Source: an uncultured Pseudomonadales bacterium (GTDB taxonomy: Bacteria; Patescibacteriota; Microgenomatia; UBA1400; UBA12028). From it: a stretch of DNA of 64,000 nucleotides. Where the stretch lies: assembly GCA_964509365.1 (NCBI GenBank), contig CAZDWN010000001.1, positions 80,143 to 144,142 of the forward strand, in the 5' to 3' direction. The notes beneath the pieces are model-generated. The model had not been told where the DNA came from. It was given only the letters and a program-made list of their open reading frames with translations, and searched no databases. Each line of letters starts with the position of its first letter. Within the stretch, counting starts at the first letter, position 1. A program made the position numbers and the translations under genes. Of this stretch, positions 1 to 9,995 are shown in pieces.

Positions 1-154
1 TGTATTTCAACAGAAAAACAAAGAAAATTTACTTTTCGAGCGCCAAGTGAAACGTGGCGTCGAGAAACGAACTAGCCGATTCTCGACTTCGACTCACTTA
101 GTGAGTCTTTGCTCGAATAGTAACGAAACAAAATGCAATCAATAGAGTCGCACT

Positions 155-1807
155 TTAGAGGAAAGCTTCTTCCGCCGCCTTCACCAACTTCTCATCTTCG
201 GTATTCCCTGTGACATTGCTATGCGGTGAGCCGATGATACGGACAGCTGCCTTCCCAAGTTTGACGTTGTACGTCAGTCTCGCTCCAAACGTCTCTTCGA
301 GGATCCCTTCCATGATGATCATGTTGCGCGAGAGCTCCATCTGTTCCTTATGAAATTGATAGGTTGCTTCGAGTCCGATGTTTTTTCCATCGATCCCGAC
401 GAGTCGGATCGCGCGGAGGAGCCCTTCCATCGGGACCGATTTCTTACGGATTTTTGCAAGCACGATCGGCCACTGTTCCACAACTGTTTCATAGGAAACA
501 GTGACTTCAGACGTTGGAATTTGGACTTTTGGTTCTTCCTTGTCTACCTGTGCTACCTGTCGTACTGGCTCGGTTGATTCCTTGACAGCCACTTTTTCGA
601 CTTTCACTTCCTTGATACTTTCTTCATTGGCAATTTGTGCCAATTTTTCTATCGCCACACTGGATTCCGCCCCGCCATGGCGGGGCTCATCGCCGCCTTT
701 ACCGGAATGACGGGAAGGCAAATTGGAATTTTGCAAGGAATATTCCATGCACGCTATCTCAAAAGGTAGCCACGGCATTGGCAAATTAGGTTCGATAGGG
801 ACGGCGATAGCGCGTAGCAGAGTGACTAGGAGCGCGAGCCGTTTGTCATTGGTACTCGCAAATTCCACGAGCTTCGTATGAGCGAGCGTGAGGACTTCCT
901 TCTGAAACGCGACGCCATCGATCCCTTGACTCCCAAGTTGTGAAAAGATCGTGATCACGATACTGCTGTCTTTTTTCAAAAGAGCCGAGAGGATATCGGC
1001 AGAGAGTCGCTGACTGCTGCCTCCCAATGCGAGCGCGACAGCTGCATCATCGATCTTTTTTGTTCCGGTCGCCACTTGCTCAAAGAGTTTGACCCCGTCG
1101 CGGAAACTTCCGTCAGCCGCGGTAGCGATGAGTGTGAGGGATGGGTCACTGATCTCGATACGTTCCTCCTTGGCGATCGCTTCGAGTCTGCGTTTAAGTT
1201 CATCGGGTGTCGCCTTGCGATATTGGATGAGGGTACAGCGAGAGACGACCGTCGCTGGCATTTTCTGTGCATCAGTTGTGGCGAGGATAAAGACGACGTG
1301 TGAGGGCGGTTCTTCGAGGACTTTCAGCAGTGCGTTAAACGCCTCGGTCGTCAGCATGTGTACTTCATCGATGATAAACACGGAGATGATCCCATCAGGT
1401 GGCGAGAGACCGATTCGCTCTCGAAGTTCCCGGATATCGTCGATGCCTCGATTGCTAGCCGCGTCCATCTCGGTGACAGACATACTTGAGCCAGTGGTGA
1501 TGGCGATGCATGAGGCACACACGTTACAAGGTTCGGAAAGTGAGTTGTTAGTTTTTAGTGATTGGTGAGAAGTTGTTTTTTTGGAATTTTGCGACAGTAT
1601 CGATTCCATGGTCTTTCTGTTCTGTTCGCAGTTTAAGACCTTAGCGAGTATCCGCGCCGCACTCGTCTTCCCTGTCCCTTTTGGACCAGCGAGTAAATAG
1701 GCATGCGAAAATTCCCCTGAAGTGAGGATTCTTGTAAAGGCTTCGCGGACTGGAGTGATATCCAGATCCGCAACCGTTTGCGATCGATACGTGCGATACC
1801 AAGACAT
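155..1807 (-). CDS. dnaX: DNA polymerase III subunit gamma/tau
   Basis: Walker A motif AGPKGTGKTS and a Cys zinc module CNVCASC, with AAA+ clamp-loader layout; 550 aa. Confidence 0.85.
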   Translation of the reverse strand: MSWYRTYRSQTVADLDITPVREAFTRILTSGEFSHAYLLAGPKGTGKTSAARILAKVLNCEQNRKTMESILSQNSKKTTSHQSLKTNNSLSEPCNVCASCIAITTGSSMSVTEMDAASNRGIDDIRELRERIGLSPPDGIISVFIIDEVHMLTTEAFNALLKVLEEPPSHVVFILATTDAQKMPATVVSRCTLIQYRKATPDELKRRLEAIAKEERIEISDPSLTLIATAADGSFRDGVKLFEQVATGTKKIDDAAVALALGGSSQRLSADILSALLKKDSSIVITIFSQLGSQGIDGVAFQKEVLTLAHTKLVEFASTNDKRLALLVTLLRAIAVPIEPNLPMPWLPFEIACMEYSLQNSNLPSRHSGKGGDEPRHGGAESSVAIEKLAQIANEESIKEVKVEKVAVKESTEPVRQVAQVDKEEPKVQIPTSEVTVSYETVVEQWPIVLAKIRKKSVPMEGLLRAIRLVGIDGKNIGLEATYQFHKEQMELSRNMIIMEGILEETFGARLTYNVKLGKAAVRIIGSPHSNVTGNTEDEKLVKAAEEAFL

Positions 1808-1900
1808 AGATTGAAAGGATAGTAGATCAGTATGACAAGTGAGACAAGTAGGACAAGAAGGAATACACTGGTCGCCTGATCACCTTGTCAACTTGTCTAC

Positions 1901-2350
1901 TTATTCATGGTGTTTTCCCATCAGATGATCCAGGGAATGTTCGATATAAAAACAAATATGGTCATCGACCATCTTACCTCGTTTCATCGCTTGTCTGACG
2001 ATCTCAGGAAAGCAGATGACAATATCGCCAAGATTTTTGGTTGGGATTGGTGGGAGGACAAATGCCCCGGCCTCATTCATCTGTGGCTTAGGATCGAGGG
2101 TCGACTCAAAGTCGATCGCACTTCCCTTGTCATACTGGGGGAATGAGAGGACATCAGTCACGCCTTCATGACCGAGGAGTTTCTCATTGAGATCTTTGAT
2201 TTTTCGATCACCGACGATGGAGATACTGACGAGCGCATCAAAGACTTGGCGTTTGGTGAGGTAGTCTTTGACAAAGGCCCGGATTTTCTTCCGGTTGACT
2301 GGATAGCGGGAGCCGACGGTGAGGAGGATCGAGATCATAACTTGGCTCAT
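1901..2350 (-). CDS. ybeY: rRNA maturation endoribonuclease YbeY
   Basis: 149 aa with TDVLSFP and a C-terminal His cluster HxxxHxxxxxHH, as in the YbeY metal site. Confidence 0.7.
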   Translation of the reverse strand: MSQVMISILLTVGSRYPVNRKKIRAFVKDYLTKRQVFDALVSISIVGDRKIKDLNEKLLGHEGVTDVLSFPQYDKGSAIDFESTLDPKPQMNEAGAFVLPPIPTKNLGDIVICFPEIVRQAMKRGKMVDDHICFYIEHSLDHLMGKHHE

Positions 2351-2362
2351 TTTACACCAAAA

Positions 2363-2382
2363 GGGCGGGATAAATCCCGCCC
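2363..2382 (-). terminator. GC hairpin gggcggga-taaa-tcccgccc followed by a T-rich tract on the minus strand, about 15 nt upstream of the ybeY start
   Basis: perfect 8-bp stem read directly from the sequence; candidate rpsU terminator or attenuator. Confidence 0.35.
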
Positions 2383-2397
2383 CTACAATTCAATGTT

Positions 2398-2430
2398 CTG
2401 ATCACCTGGTCTACTGACCATCTGATCTAC
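2398..2430. repeat. GATC-rich octamer tandem repeat
   Basis: ctgatcacctggtctactgaccatctgatctac. Confidence 0.5.
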
Positions 2431-2435
2431 TTTTT

Positions 2436-2642
2436 CTAGCCCATTCTCGCCTTCATTTTGCGCTCACGGATGAGTCGCTTCTTGAGTTCTTTCTTGGCTT
2501 CCTTACGGAGCAAAGCAGGCTTAAAGTAAAATTCTTTCTTTTGGACGAGGGTCAAAATATCGTCAATAAGCACGCGCTTTTTAAAGCGGCGGATCACTGA
2601 GTCGGTATTTTCGTCTTTTTTTGCTTTTACGATTGTTGGCAT
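2436..2642 (-). CDS. rpsU: 30S ribosomal protein S21
   Basis: 68-aa basic protein MPTIVKAKKDEN...RRFKK, typical of S21. Confidence 0.85.
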   Translation of the reverse strand: MPTIVKAKKDENTDSVIRRFKKRVLIDDILTLVQKKEFYFKPALLRKEAKKELKKRLIRERKMKARMG

Positions 2643-2711
2643 AATGTAATGGCACCCCCCTCCGGACGACCCCGAAGGATCGAAAAGCTATTATAGCAGG
2701 CTTTTCCTGCC

Positions 2712-3077
2712 TTGTGGAGCCTGGAATGTGATAGGATCAGAAAAACTATGAGCGAAGATCCGAGCAGTATTTACCGCCCGCACGACTACATCCGTCAGCA
2801 GCAACTTGTTCTCCTCGAGGCCATATATAAGATGCAAACCGAGCAACTCGGCCCGCCTTCAAATCGACGACTTCTCAAGAACATCTATTGTCTGACTATT
2901 ATTTCGATGCTCAACGATAATGTTTTTGTGATGGCGAAAACTTGCAAGGAAGAGCTTGCGCTTGCCTTGGGGCAAGTCAATGAGAATCTCTTTGACCGTG
3001 CATTTATCGAAGTACGAGCCTACGCCATCATGGGTGAATGGCGTGGCCAACCGCTTCCCCGCTTTCCCAGAGAATAA
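2712..3077 (+). CDS. hypothetical protein
   Basis: 121-aa ORF on the plus strand; real start may be the internal ATG at 2748; no recognisable motif. Confidence 0.35.
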   Translation: MWSLECDRIRKTMSEDPSSIYRPHDYIRQQQLVLLEAIYKMQTEQLGPPSNRRLLKNIYCLTIISMLNDNVFVMAKTCKEELALALGQVNENLFDRAFIEVRAYAIMGEWRGQPLPRFPRE

Positions 3078-3116
3078 GTATGAATATGCTATTATTGGTC
3101 CCAAAAGGAGTCGACT

Positions 3117-3488
3117 ATGCAACAAGAACGCATAACGCACTTGGAGATGCCACATGGCATTCGGGCGAAACAACTGTTACTCAAACTGAAAGAATACGAG
3201 ATGCGATGGAGATACGTGACCGATGGGCAGTCACTCCCCTACGTTGCTCCGGAAGTTTTTGGGACCTTCTCTTATTATGAGTACTCCTATGCGATTTTGA
3301 ATCCACTTGTCAATAATGGTTCACTAGACGTTTTAGAGCTTCGCGACAGACTTTTCGGCGACGAACCAGCCGCAGATGAAGAAAAAGCAAAGTTCTGGTC
3401 GTATGTGCAGATCATCCACAACTATATTCTGCTTGGAAATTCTGGAGAAGAGTTTGGCAGTATCCCGTTGCCGGAAGTGCACAAGTAA
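3117..3488 (+). CDS. hypothetical protein
   Basis: 123-aa ORF preceded by a strong SD (aaaggag, then 6 nt, then ATG). Confidence 0.5.
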   Translation: MQQERITHLEMPHGIRAKQLLLKLKEYEMRWRYVTDGQSLPYVAPEVFGTFSYYEYSYAILNPLVNNGSLDVLELRDRLFGDEPAADEEKAKFWSYVQIIHNYILLGNSGEEFGSIPLPEVHK

Positions 3489-3496
3489 GTGGCGAT

Positions 3497-3844
3497 TTAT
3501 TCGTTCTTTTCTTTTTCCATGGTTTTGGCGTCCCAGCCTCCCATGAGATGCAAGTGAATATGCGGGACGATCTGCATCTGATCCCCGACGTTCATGATCA
3601 ATTTGTAATTTTCACCAATTCCGAGTTTCTTCGCTACTTTTCGAGCGGTGAGGAGTAGTCGCGAGTGGAAGTGCTCATCGGCGAGCGATACTTCTTCCAA
3701 AGTCTTATATTCGTGCTTGGGGACGACGAGGACATGCACGGGAGCATGAGGATGGATGTCCCGAAAGACGATAAACTCATCGTCTTCATACTCAATGGTT
3801 GATGGTAATTCGCGGTTGATGATTTTGGTAAAAATGCTTGGCAT
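3497..3844 (-). CDS. HIT-family nucleotide hydrolase
   Basis: histidine triad HIHLHLMGG near the C terminus; 115 aa. Confidence 0.85.
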   Translation of the reverse strand: MPSIFTKIINRELPSTIEYEDDEFIVFRDIHPHAPVHVLVVPKHEYKTLEEVSLADEHFHSRLLLTARKVAKKLGIGENYKLIMNVGDQMQIVPHIHLHLMGGWDAKTMEKEKNE

Positions 3845-3846
3845 AG

Positions 3847-3928
3847 ACGATCAGTTGATCAGCTGAGCAGTCGACCAGTTCGATCAAAATACTGATCCCC
3901 TGATCTCCTAGTCAACTGGTCTACTACT
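3847..3928. repeat. GATC-rich octamer tandem repeat (largest copy, 5 GATC)
   Basis: gatcagttgatcagctgagcagtcgaccagttcgatcaaaatactgatcccctgatctcctagtcaactggtctac, 5' of the HIT gene. Confidence 0.55.
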
Positions 3929-3941
3929 CCTTTCTCGAATA

Positions 3942-4802
3942 CTACTTGAGATTAGTAAAGATTTTAATTACCTGTTCGATTGTGAGTGGAGATGGTTTTT
4001 TATTACTATCCTTGCTACTGCCATTGAGCAGCATTGTTTTCCCAGGATGGAAATACCAATGGCCGACGAGATCCGTATTCGTGATGGTCTTGTAGATAGG
4101 CGTCAGGTCGATTCCCTTCCCTGGGACCGCTTTGATGCGGATATCTCCGCGCTTGGGATCTTTTTTCACCGCGACGACATACCCAGATTTTTGAGCCAGT
4201 TTGAGGACTTCATCGACTGACGTTTCGATCGCGATCCCCTTGCCCCATTTCGTCTCAAACTCGATCCCTTTGGTCAGTTCCTCCTTTGCTTGGATCTGAG
4301 CCCCCAAAGACGCATAGGCAGCGTCCAGGCAGGAAAATCCAAACTGCATCAGGGCTTCATCATCTTGCACTCCAAATCGTTGAAGTCCGTCGATGAGATT
4401 TTGGATCAAAAAACAATTTTTGAGATCATGTGCATTTGGCCAATCGCACTCCTCAAAGTGATCGATCGCATTGACATAGTCGACCAGGAACAGCAGTGCT
4501 TTATCATCTTGTAATTCAGGATGGAGATGCGACACGTAGTCATAGACGAGACTGGTCGCACAGACTCGCTGCATCCCCCGCTCTTCTTGGTGGTGATCAA
4601 AATCTCCGAGACCCGTATCCGTGTGGACGACATCTTCAGGGACAAATCCCATATCGGCTGCAGTACGCAGATCGATCGTGTCTCCGGCATTGACGAAGTA
4701 GTGGCGAGCGGTCGCAAATTCATTCGCGTGGAAGCGAGTAAAACACCACACTGAGGAGATGGCGTCCAGATCAGGAGAGCGATGCGTGACCAAAAGTTTC
4801 AT
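3942..4802 (-). CDS. DHH-family phosphoesterase (NrnA-like nanoRNase/pAp phosphatase)
   Basis: SPDLDAISS and GDFDHHQ motifs matching DHH motifs I-III. Confidence 0.65.
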   Translation of the reverse strand: MKLLVTHRSPDLDAISSVWCFTRFHANEFATARHYFVNAGDTIDLRTAADMGFVPEDVVHTDTGLGDFDHHQEERGMQRVCATSLVYDYVSHLHPELQDDKALLFLVDYVNAIDHFEECDWPNAHDLKNCFLIQNLIDGLQRFGVQDDEALMQFGFSCLDAAYASLGAQIQAKEELTKGIEFETKWGKGIAIETSVDEVLKLAQKSGYVVAVKKDPKRGDIRIKAVPGKGIDLTPIYKTITNTDLVGHWYFHPGKTMLLNGSSKDSNKKPSPLTIEQVIKIFTNLK

Positions 4803-5248
4803 GAAGCTATCTTAGCATAATAATGCTGTCATTTTTCTGATGCAATGCTGAACTCATTGGGGGAAGAATGTGGAGGGATAAAATCCACATAACCACCTAC
4901 AATACTCGAGGAGAATTGTGGTGGTTTTTGTGGTGTTTCCTCACCGGGAATTGATTAAGAGTGAGTATAGAAAATATTTCTGTAAAATCCAGTAGGAGTT
5001 TTAGTTGATTAACAATTTTGATGCGATACAATTCTTCCGTTATGGCAGAAGTTCATCTAAAATTAGATTGCATTGCACTCGCTGATCAAATCGAAACTGC
5101 ATTAATAGACGATGAATTCACAATCGAGGAGCAGCGCGAGGTGTTGATCGATGATCTTTGGAACTCGATTGATCAACGAAACGGTTCACGAATCAACAAG
5201 CTCTACAAAAGTGATGGAACGTCAATAGATAGACCCGTATATGTGCGG

Positions 5249-6499
5249 CTACGCCCGAGAAATCGCTCGTAGTACTTCTTCCACACTCATCAGCTTGGAT
5301 TCTTTTTCCGTTCGCTTTTTGACTTCGATTTGATCGCCGGTTTTTGCGGAGACGACGAGTCGATACGGGATGCCGAGAAGATCCGCATCGGCAAATTTTT
5401 CACCCGGTCGTGCGGCGCGATCGTCCCACAGGACTTCGACGCCTGCTTTGATGAGAGCGTCATAGATTTCCTGTCCACGGTCGGCGGCATTGATGTCGAT
5501 CAATTCGACTTTGTATGGTGCGACTGATTCCGGCCAGACGAGACCACTTTCATCAGCAAATTTTTCTACGAGTACCCCCATGAGTCGTGAAGGTCCGATG
5601 CCATAGCTGCCCGTATAAATATCCTGCTTGGATCCGTCTTCAGCGGTGTATTGGTATCCATACGCCTTGGAAAACTTCGTATTGAGTGGGAAGATATTCC
5701 CGACTTCGCAAGCCCGCACTTCTTCAAGCTTGGAGAAATCGACCCCGAGTTTGGCTTCATCTTCTTTGGTGGTGACTTCTTTGTTGTACGCAATGTTGTT
5801 TTTGCGATCGAGGAAGATGGTATCTTCACCAGCATCACAGAGCGTTTGAAACTCATGTGAGTAGTTTGTCGTGAAGTCGCCGCCAGAGGCTAAGGTGATA
5901 TATGTGCTCTCCCCTATTCCGAGACGCTGGAAGACTCGCATGTACACTGGCTTGGCTTTCTCATAAAAGCTCAAAAGATCAGCTTCGCTGGTATGAAAGC
6001 TATACAGATCCTTCATACGGAACTCTCGGCAGCGGAGTAGTCCAGATTTTGCGCGAGGTTCATTGCGAAACTTTGACTGGATCTGATACACCGACACCGG
6101 GAAGTCTTTATATGAGCGAGCATATTGCGCGACGAGTGGAGTTACCATGTCTTCGTGCGTACAGCTCAAGATATATTCAGTGTCATTTTTGGCTCGGGCC
6201 GCCTCATTTGCTGGTGAGGTTTTCATGAGCACGTCGACGGTATCGATGCGACCAGTCGTCTCCCAATTTGATTTTGGTGAGAGTGACGTCATGACGATTT
6301 CAATGCCGATCGTATCCATTTCTTCACGGATGATATTCTCAATTTTCTTGAGGACACGGAGGCCAAGTGGGAGAAATGTATATGCCCCGGCGACTTCCTG
6401 GTGGATGTACCCTGCTTGGGTCAGCAATCTCGCATTTTTTGATTGCAGATCACTGCTGACATTTTTTGTGGTTTGAAAAATATTTTGTGAATATTTCAT
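5249..6499 (-). CDS. proS: prolyl-tRNA synthetase, short class II form
   Basis: class II aaRS motifs and an anticodon-binding region; 416 aa, so the bacterial INS editing domain is absent. Confidence 0.8.
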   Translation of the reverse strand: MKYSQNIFQTTKNVSSDLQSKNARLLTQAGYIHQEVAGAYTFLPLGLRVLKKIENIIREEMDTIGIEIVMTSLSPKSNWETTGRIDTVDVLMKTSPANEAARAKNDTEYILSCTHEDMVTPLVAQYARSYKDFPVSVYQIQSKFRNEPRAKSGLLRCREFRMKDLYSFHTSEADLLSFYEKAKPVYMRVFQRLGIGESTYITLASGGDFTTNYSHEFQTLCDAGEDTIFLDRKNNIAYNKEVTTKEDEAKLGVDFSKLEEVRACEVGNIFPLNTKFSKAYGYQYTAEDGSKQDIYTGSYGIGPSRLMGVLVEKFADESGLVWPESVAPYKVELIDINAADRGQEIYDALIKAGVEVLWDDRAARPGEKFADADLLGIPYRLVVSAKTGDQIEVKKRTEKESKLMSVEEVLRAISRA

Positions 6500-6915
6500 A
6501 GAAAATCCTTTTGCTCTGATTCAATAATATTACTTTTTTCCAAATGCGCGCTAATCAATTCATATAAGGCACATAACAAGATCGGAGTCACAATACGAAC
6601 TTGCTTCATATCAAATGGTTCCATCGTGAGCCCTCTACTTTGGCTAGCGAAGACTATCAACTCAGCAAGATTCTTAAACTCAGTATGATTACTGATCGCG
6701 GCTTCCAGTATTCCTTCACCGACAATTGTTTCAATTGTCCTTGGAAACATGGTCTTTGTCAGCAATTGTTCTTTGGTTGGTGACGTCTTCCAAATCAGAA
6801 TTTCAAGTTCTTTCATACGAATGAATAAAAAAAACCCGTCTACACCCAGTCCGCCGATTGCGAATTCTAGGAATAAACGGGTGCTTGCAAACTTGTGCTG
6901 AGCTTGCCAAAACAC
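6496..6915 (-). CDS. hypothetical protein
   Basis: 139-aa ORF whose stop overlaps the proS start by 4 nt, so likely operonic. Confidence 0.35.
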   Translation of the reverse strand: MFWQAQHKFASTRLFLEFAIGGLGVDGFFLFIRMKELEILIWKTSPTKEQLLTKTMFPRTIETIVGEGILEAAISNHTEFKNLAELIVFASQSRGLTMEPFDMKQVRIVTPILLCALYELISAHLEKSNIIESEQKDFL

Positions 6916-7003
6916 GGTACCACCGTTAATTTTTACTTTGATACTGGTTGGTTTTGCGTTGAGTGAAAGTTAGGAGCTTTCCAAAACCAATAGAGATAGT
7001 ATA

Positions 7004-7918
7004 TCACCTACTCCATTTTTGAAGTTCATCCGCGAAGATTTTGCCGACGGAGACGACACGGAGTTTAGCAAATGCCTTTGATCCAATTTCGATGGTGTCA
7101 GTGACGATCAATTTATCCAGTTCACTTGCTTGTAGTTTTTCGCTCGCTCCATCAGCGAGGATCGCATGCGTGGCAAACATCACGATCTTTTTCGCACCGT
7201 GTTCGCGCAAGATCCTTGCTGCTTCGATCGCAGTACTTCCTCCGTTGATGATGTCATCGACGATCACCGCAGTCTTGCCTTTGACGTCTCCAGTGATCGC
7301 ATGGGCTACTACTTCACCCGTATGGAGATCGCGCCGCTTGTCGATATTTGCGAGCGGCAAAGTGAGTTTTTGTGCGAAGTTACCTACACGTTTGAGTCCG
7401 CCAAAATCCGATGAAACGATTACAACATCGCCACTCATCGTTTTGATCTCGTCCATGAAGACTTCATCCGAAGAGAGGACCGAACTTGGCTTCGCAAAGA
7501 ATCCTGCGCCGCTACTATTGTGTAGATTCATAAGGATGTAGCGATAGGTGGAGACGCTGTCCAAGAGTGTCGCAATGACTTTCATGGCGATCGGTTCACC
7601 AGGTCGAAATACTTTGTCCTGGAGTGAATATCCAAACCACGGGATGACCGCAAAGACTCTGCGTGCACCAGCGCGAAAGAGCGCATCCGTGATGAGCGCA
7701 AATTCGATGACGTTGGTATCGACTGGATCGGAGAAACTTTGGATGAGACCGATATCGTGCCCTTTCACATCTTCCTTGACCCATACGCGACGCTCGCCAT
7801 TTGAGAACGATGAGAGTTCGATCGCACCAAGTTTGGTGTGCATTGCACTAGCGATTTTTTCAGCGAGCGGTTTGTTTGACGAGCCAGAGAGGAGGATCAT
7901 GAAGTGAGTATATCGCAA
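7004..7918 (-). CDS. prs: ribose-phosphate pyrophosphokinase
   Basis: 304 aa with the PRPP synthetase N-terminal pattern and a PRTase-type PRPP loop (VIVDDIINGGST). Confidence 0.85.
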   Translation of the reverse strand: MRYTHFMILLSGSSNKPLAEKIASAMHTKLGAIELSSFSNGERRVWVKEDVKGHDIGLIQSFSDPVDTNVIEFALITDALFRAGARRVFAVIPWFGYSLQDKVFRPGEPIAMKVIATLLDSVSTYRYILMNLHNSSGAGFFAKPSSVLSSDEVFMDEIKTMSGDVVIVSSDFGGLKRVGNFAQKLTLPLANIDKRRDLHTGEVVAHAITGDVKGKTAVIVDDIINGGSTAIEAARILREHGAKKIVMFATHAILADGASEKLQASELDKLIVTDTIEIGSKAFAKLRVVSVGKIFADELQKWSR

Positions 7919-7930
7919 CTTTTCGCTACA

Positions 7931-7965
7931 AAAAACCCCGCGGTGTGTAGTCGCGGGGTTTTCAT
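7931..7965. terminator. bidirectional intrinsic terminator
   Basis: stem ccccgcg/cgcgggg (7936-7958) flanked by an A-run upstream and a T-run downstream; lies between the prs start and the 7986 gene stop. Confidence 0.6.
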
Positions 7966-7985
7966 TTAAAAAAAACTAGCACAAA

Positions 7986-8216
7986 TTAAACGAGAACTTC
8001 TGCTTTAATTTTCTCGTAAGCTTGACGATCTGCTTGCTTCTTGTCGTGCTTAGCAACAGCTTCTTGTCGTATCGCCTCGAGAGCTGGCATAATGAATGCG
8101 AACTGTGGCTGGTATTCAAAACCAGTGCCAAGCTCCATTGCGGACGTACGTCCATTCAGGGCTGGTTTGATAGGTTCAAAACTAATGTGTTGAGTCCCGC
8201 GGTATTCTGGCAACAT
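7986..8216 (-). CDS. hypothetical small protein
   Basis: 76-aa ORF followed by the terminator hairpin. Confidence 0.4.
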   Translation of the reverse strand: MLPEYRGTQHISFEPIKPALNGRTSAMELGTGFEYQPQFAFIMPALEAIRQEAVAKHDKKQADRQAYEKIKAEVLV

Positions 8217-8343
8217 AGGCTCCTCCTTTGAGGACTACTTGTAAAATGTGATTATGATCACATAGCCTATATTTTCAAGAATTGATTACAGCTTGACGCA
8301 TTTGATATACTTATAAAAATACCTAAGTGAGTTAAGTGTTTTG

Positions 8344-9057
8344 TTATCCCCGGAGCCTATAGACGGTCTGCCAGCTGGAAGAAGCCGAATGACGCTTTTC
8401 GATTGAAGCAATTTCAGAGGGAATTTCAAGTTTCTCATGCTCACGGGTAAAGCTCATTACTCGAGCAGCGCTCCATTCAAAATCATATTTTTCAGTCAAA
8501 TACTCCTGTAGGATCTGATCTTCCCAAAGATTTTCAAACTGCACTCGAAACGGGTAGATGAATCCCACTCCCCCTATTCGCAGAGATGCGTACAAGTTTT
8601 GCAGCGCTTGGAGCGGATCAAAAAGATACATGATTGCATAGACGCAGGTCAAGACATCGTGAAGGTCTCGCTGGGTATACTCATCGATGCTCCCCTGTAG
8701 GATACAAATCTCGCCAGAGTTCACCGCACTTGCTGACGTAGGAGAATCAAGATGGTATGGGAACGCTGATATCCCCGACGCCGTTACTTTTTCTTGCCAT
8801 TTTTGCTTTGCCCCGAGGAGAAACGTTCCCTCACCGCAGCCAGCATCAAAAATATGCACTGGAGTCGCTGAACGTGTTTTCGTTTCGATCGTCTCGCTCA
8901 GGCTCAGTCCTCGGTGCGACCCCAGTAAATACTCATACGAGTTATAGAAGTCGTCGCTGTCGACAAATGCTCGGTCCACTACAAAATACTCTCGAGAAGA
9001 GCGTCTGTTCCAGTTCTCTTGTTTTTTTCGATTATATTCTTCGGGCGTGACACTCAT
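8344..9057 (-). CDS. class I SAM-dependent methyltransferase
   Basis: motif I IFDAGCGEGTF; 237 aa. Confidence 0.6.
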   Translation of the reverse strand: MSVTPEEYNRKKQENWNRRSSREYFVVDRAFVDSDDFYNSYEYLLGSHRGLSLSETIETKTRSATPVHIFDAGCGEGTFLLGAKQKWQEKVTASGISAFPYHLDSPTSASAVNSGEICILQGSIDEYTQRDLHDVLTCVYAIMYLFDPLQALQNLYASLRIGGVGFIYPFRVQFENLWEDQILQEYLTEKYDFEWSAARVMSFTREHEKLEIPSEIASIEKRHSASSSWQTVYRLRG

Positions 9058-9089
9058 CCTCAGATTATACTATTCTCAAGTGAGTTTGC

Positions 9090-9995
9090 TTACTTTTGAA
9101 GTTTCTTTTTCATTTTTTCGATCACAATGAGGAGCGGCAGTGCCACAAATGTACTCGAATATGTGCCTGAGATCGTGCCGACGAGGAGTGCGACGGCAAA
9201 CCATCGCAGAGTCACCCCCCCCAGGAGGATGAGCGAGGTGAGGACGATGACGACGGCCAGAGAATTGCGGACAGATCGCGTCATGGTCTCGAGGACCGCA
9301 GCGTCAATCGTGTCACTGAGATCTTCCCTGACAATTTTCTTTCGTCGTTCCCGGATGCGGTCGTACACGACGACGGTGTCATGCACCGAGAAGGACACGA
9401 TCGTCAGGAGTGCCGTGACAAAGAGTGAGTCGACATCGACATGCGCAAAGTGACCCAAGAGACTAAAAATGCCAAGAAGGATGAGCACATCATGGAGTGT
9501 GGCCACCACTGCACTGACACCATACTCAAATGAATGGAATCGAACCGCGAGATAGATAGCGATGAAGATAGAAGCGACTCCGATTGCAGCTGCCGTCTTC
9601 ACGACGAGTTCTCTTCCGATACTTGGTCCGACCGACGACAAGGATGTTTCCTTATATCCCGGCAATGTTGCGGACAGTGTCGCGATCACACTAGTGCGCT
9701 CAGCGTCGGAAAGTGCTGGCATATGAAGTGAGTACGTCGTCGCACTCGTCGCCGCCAGATCAAGCACTTGGATGCCCCCAGGCAACAATTTTTTGATGTC
9801 GTCAGGCTTTTGCTCAGTCTTTGTCGAAAAATCGAGAATGGTTCCGCCACTAAAGTCGATACCAGGTCGTAGTTTCCAGATCGCGAGTGAGATGATTCCA
9901 GGGATCAAAAAGACGAGTGAGATCGCAAAATAGATCCAATAATATTTGGAGATGATGGGGAAAATTGTTGAGTTTTGTTGTTTCATACTGGTCAA
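9090..9995 (-). CDS. secF: protein translocase subunit SecF
   Basis: six-TM SecF topology and family similarity; overlaps the secD stop. Confidence 0.8.
   Translation of the reverse strand: MTSMKQQNSTIFPIISKYYWIYFAISLVFLIPGIISLAIWKLRPGIDFSGGTILDFSTKTEQKPDDIKKLLPGGIQVLDLAATSATTYSLHMPALSDAERTSVIATLSATLPGYKETSLSSVGPSIGRELVVKTAAAIGVASIFIAIYLAVRFHSFEYGVSAVVATLHDVLILLGIFSLLGHFAHVDVDSLFVTALLTIVSFSVHDTVVVYDRIRERRKKIVREDLSDTIDAAVLETMTRSVRNSLAVVIVLTSLILLGGVTLRWFAVALLVGTISGTYSSTFVALPLLIVIEKMKKKLQK

Noticed and set aside
1-154. Three consecutive small hairpins downstream of dnaX (cgcca..tggcg, tcgagaa..ttctcga, gactcac-tta-gtgagtc); considered SRP RNA (ffs often neighbours dnaX) or another ncRNA
   Set aside because: I found none of the conserved 4.5S/SRP domain IV motif. 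The region is downstream of dnaX, not upstream, so it more likely holds stacked terminator-like hairpins. It may be worth a covariance-model scan.
2398-3928. CRISPR array explanation for the GATC-rich tandem repeats
   Set aside because: Units are ~8 nt with no unique spacers between them, and arrays are at most ~80 nt. They lie in promoters or leaders, and no cas genes are present.
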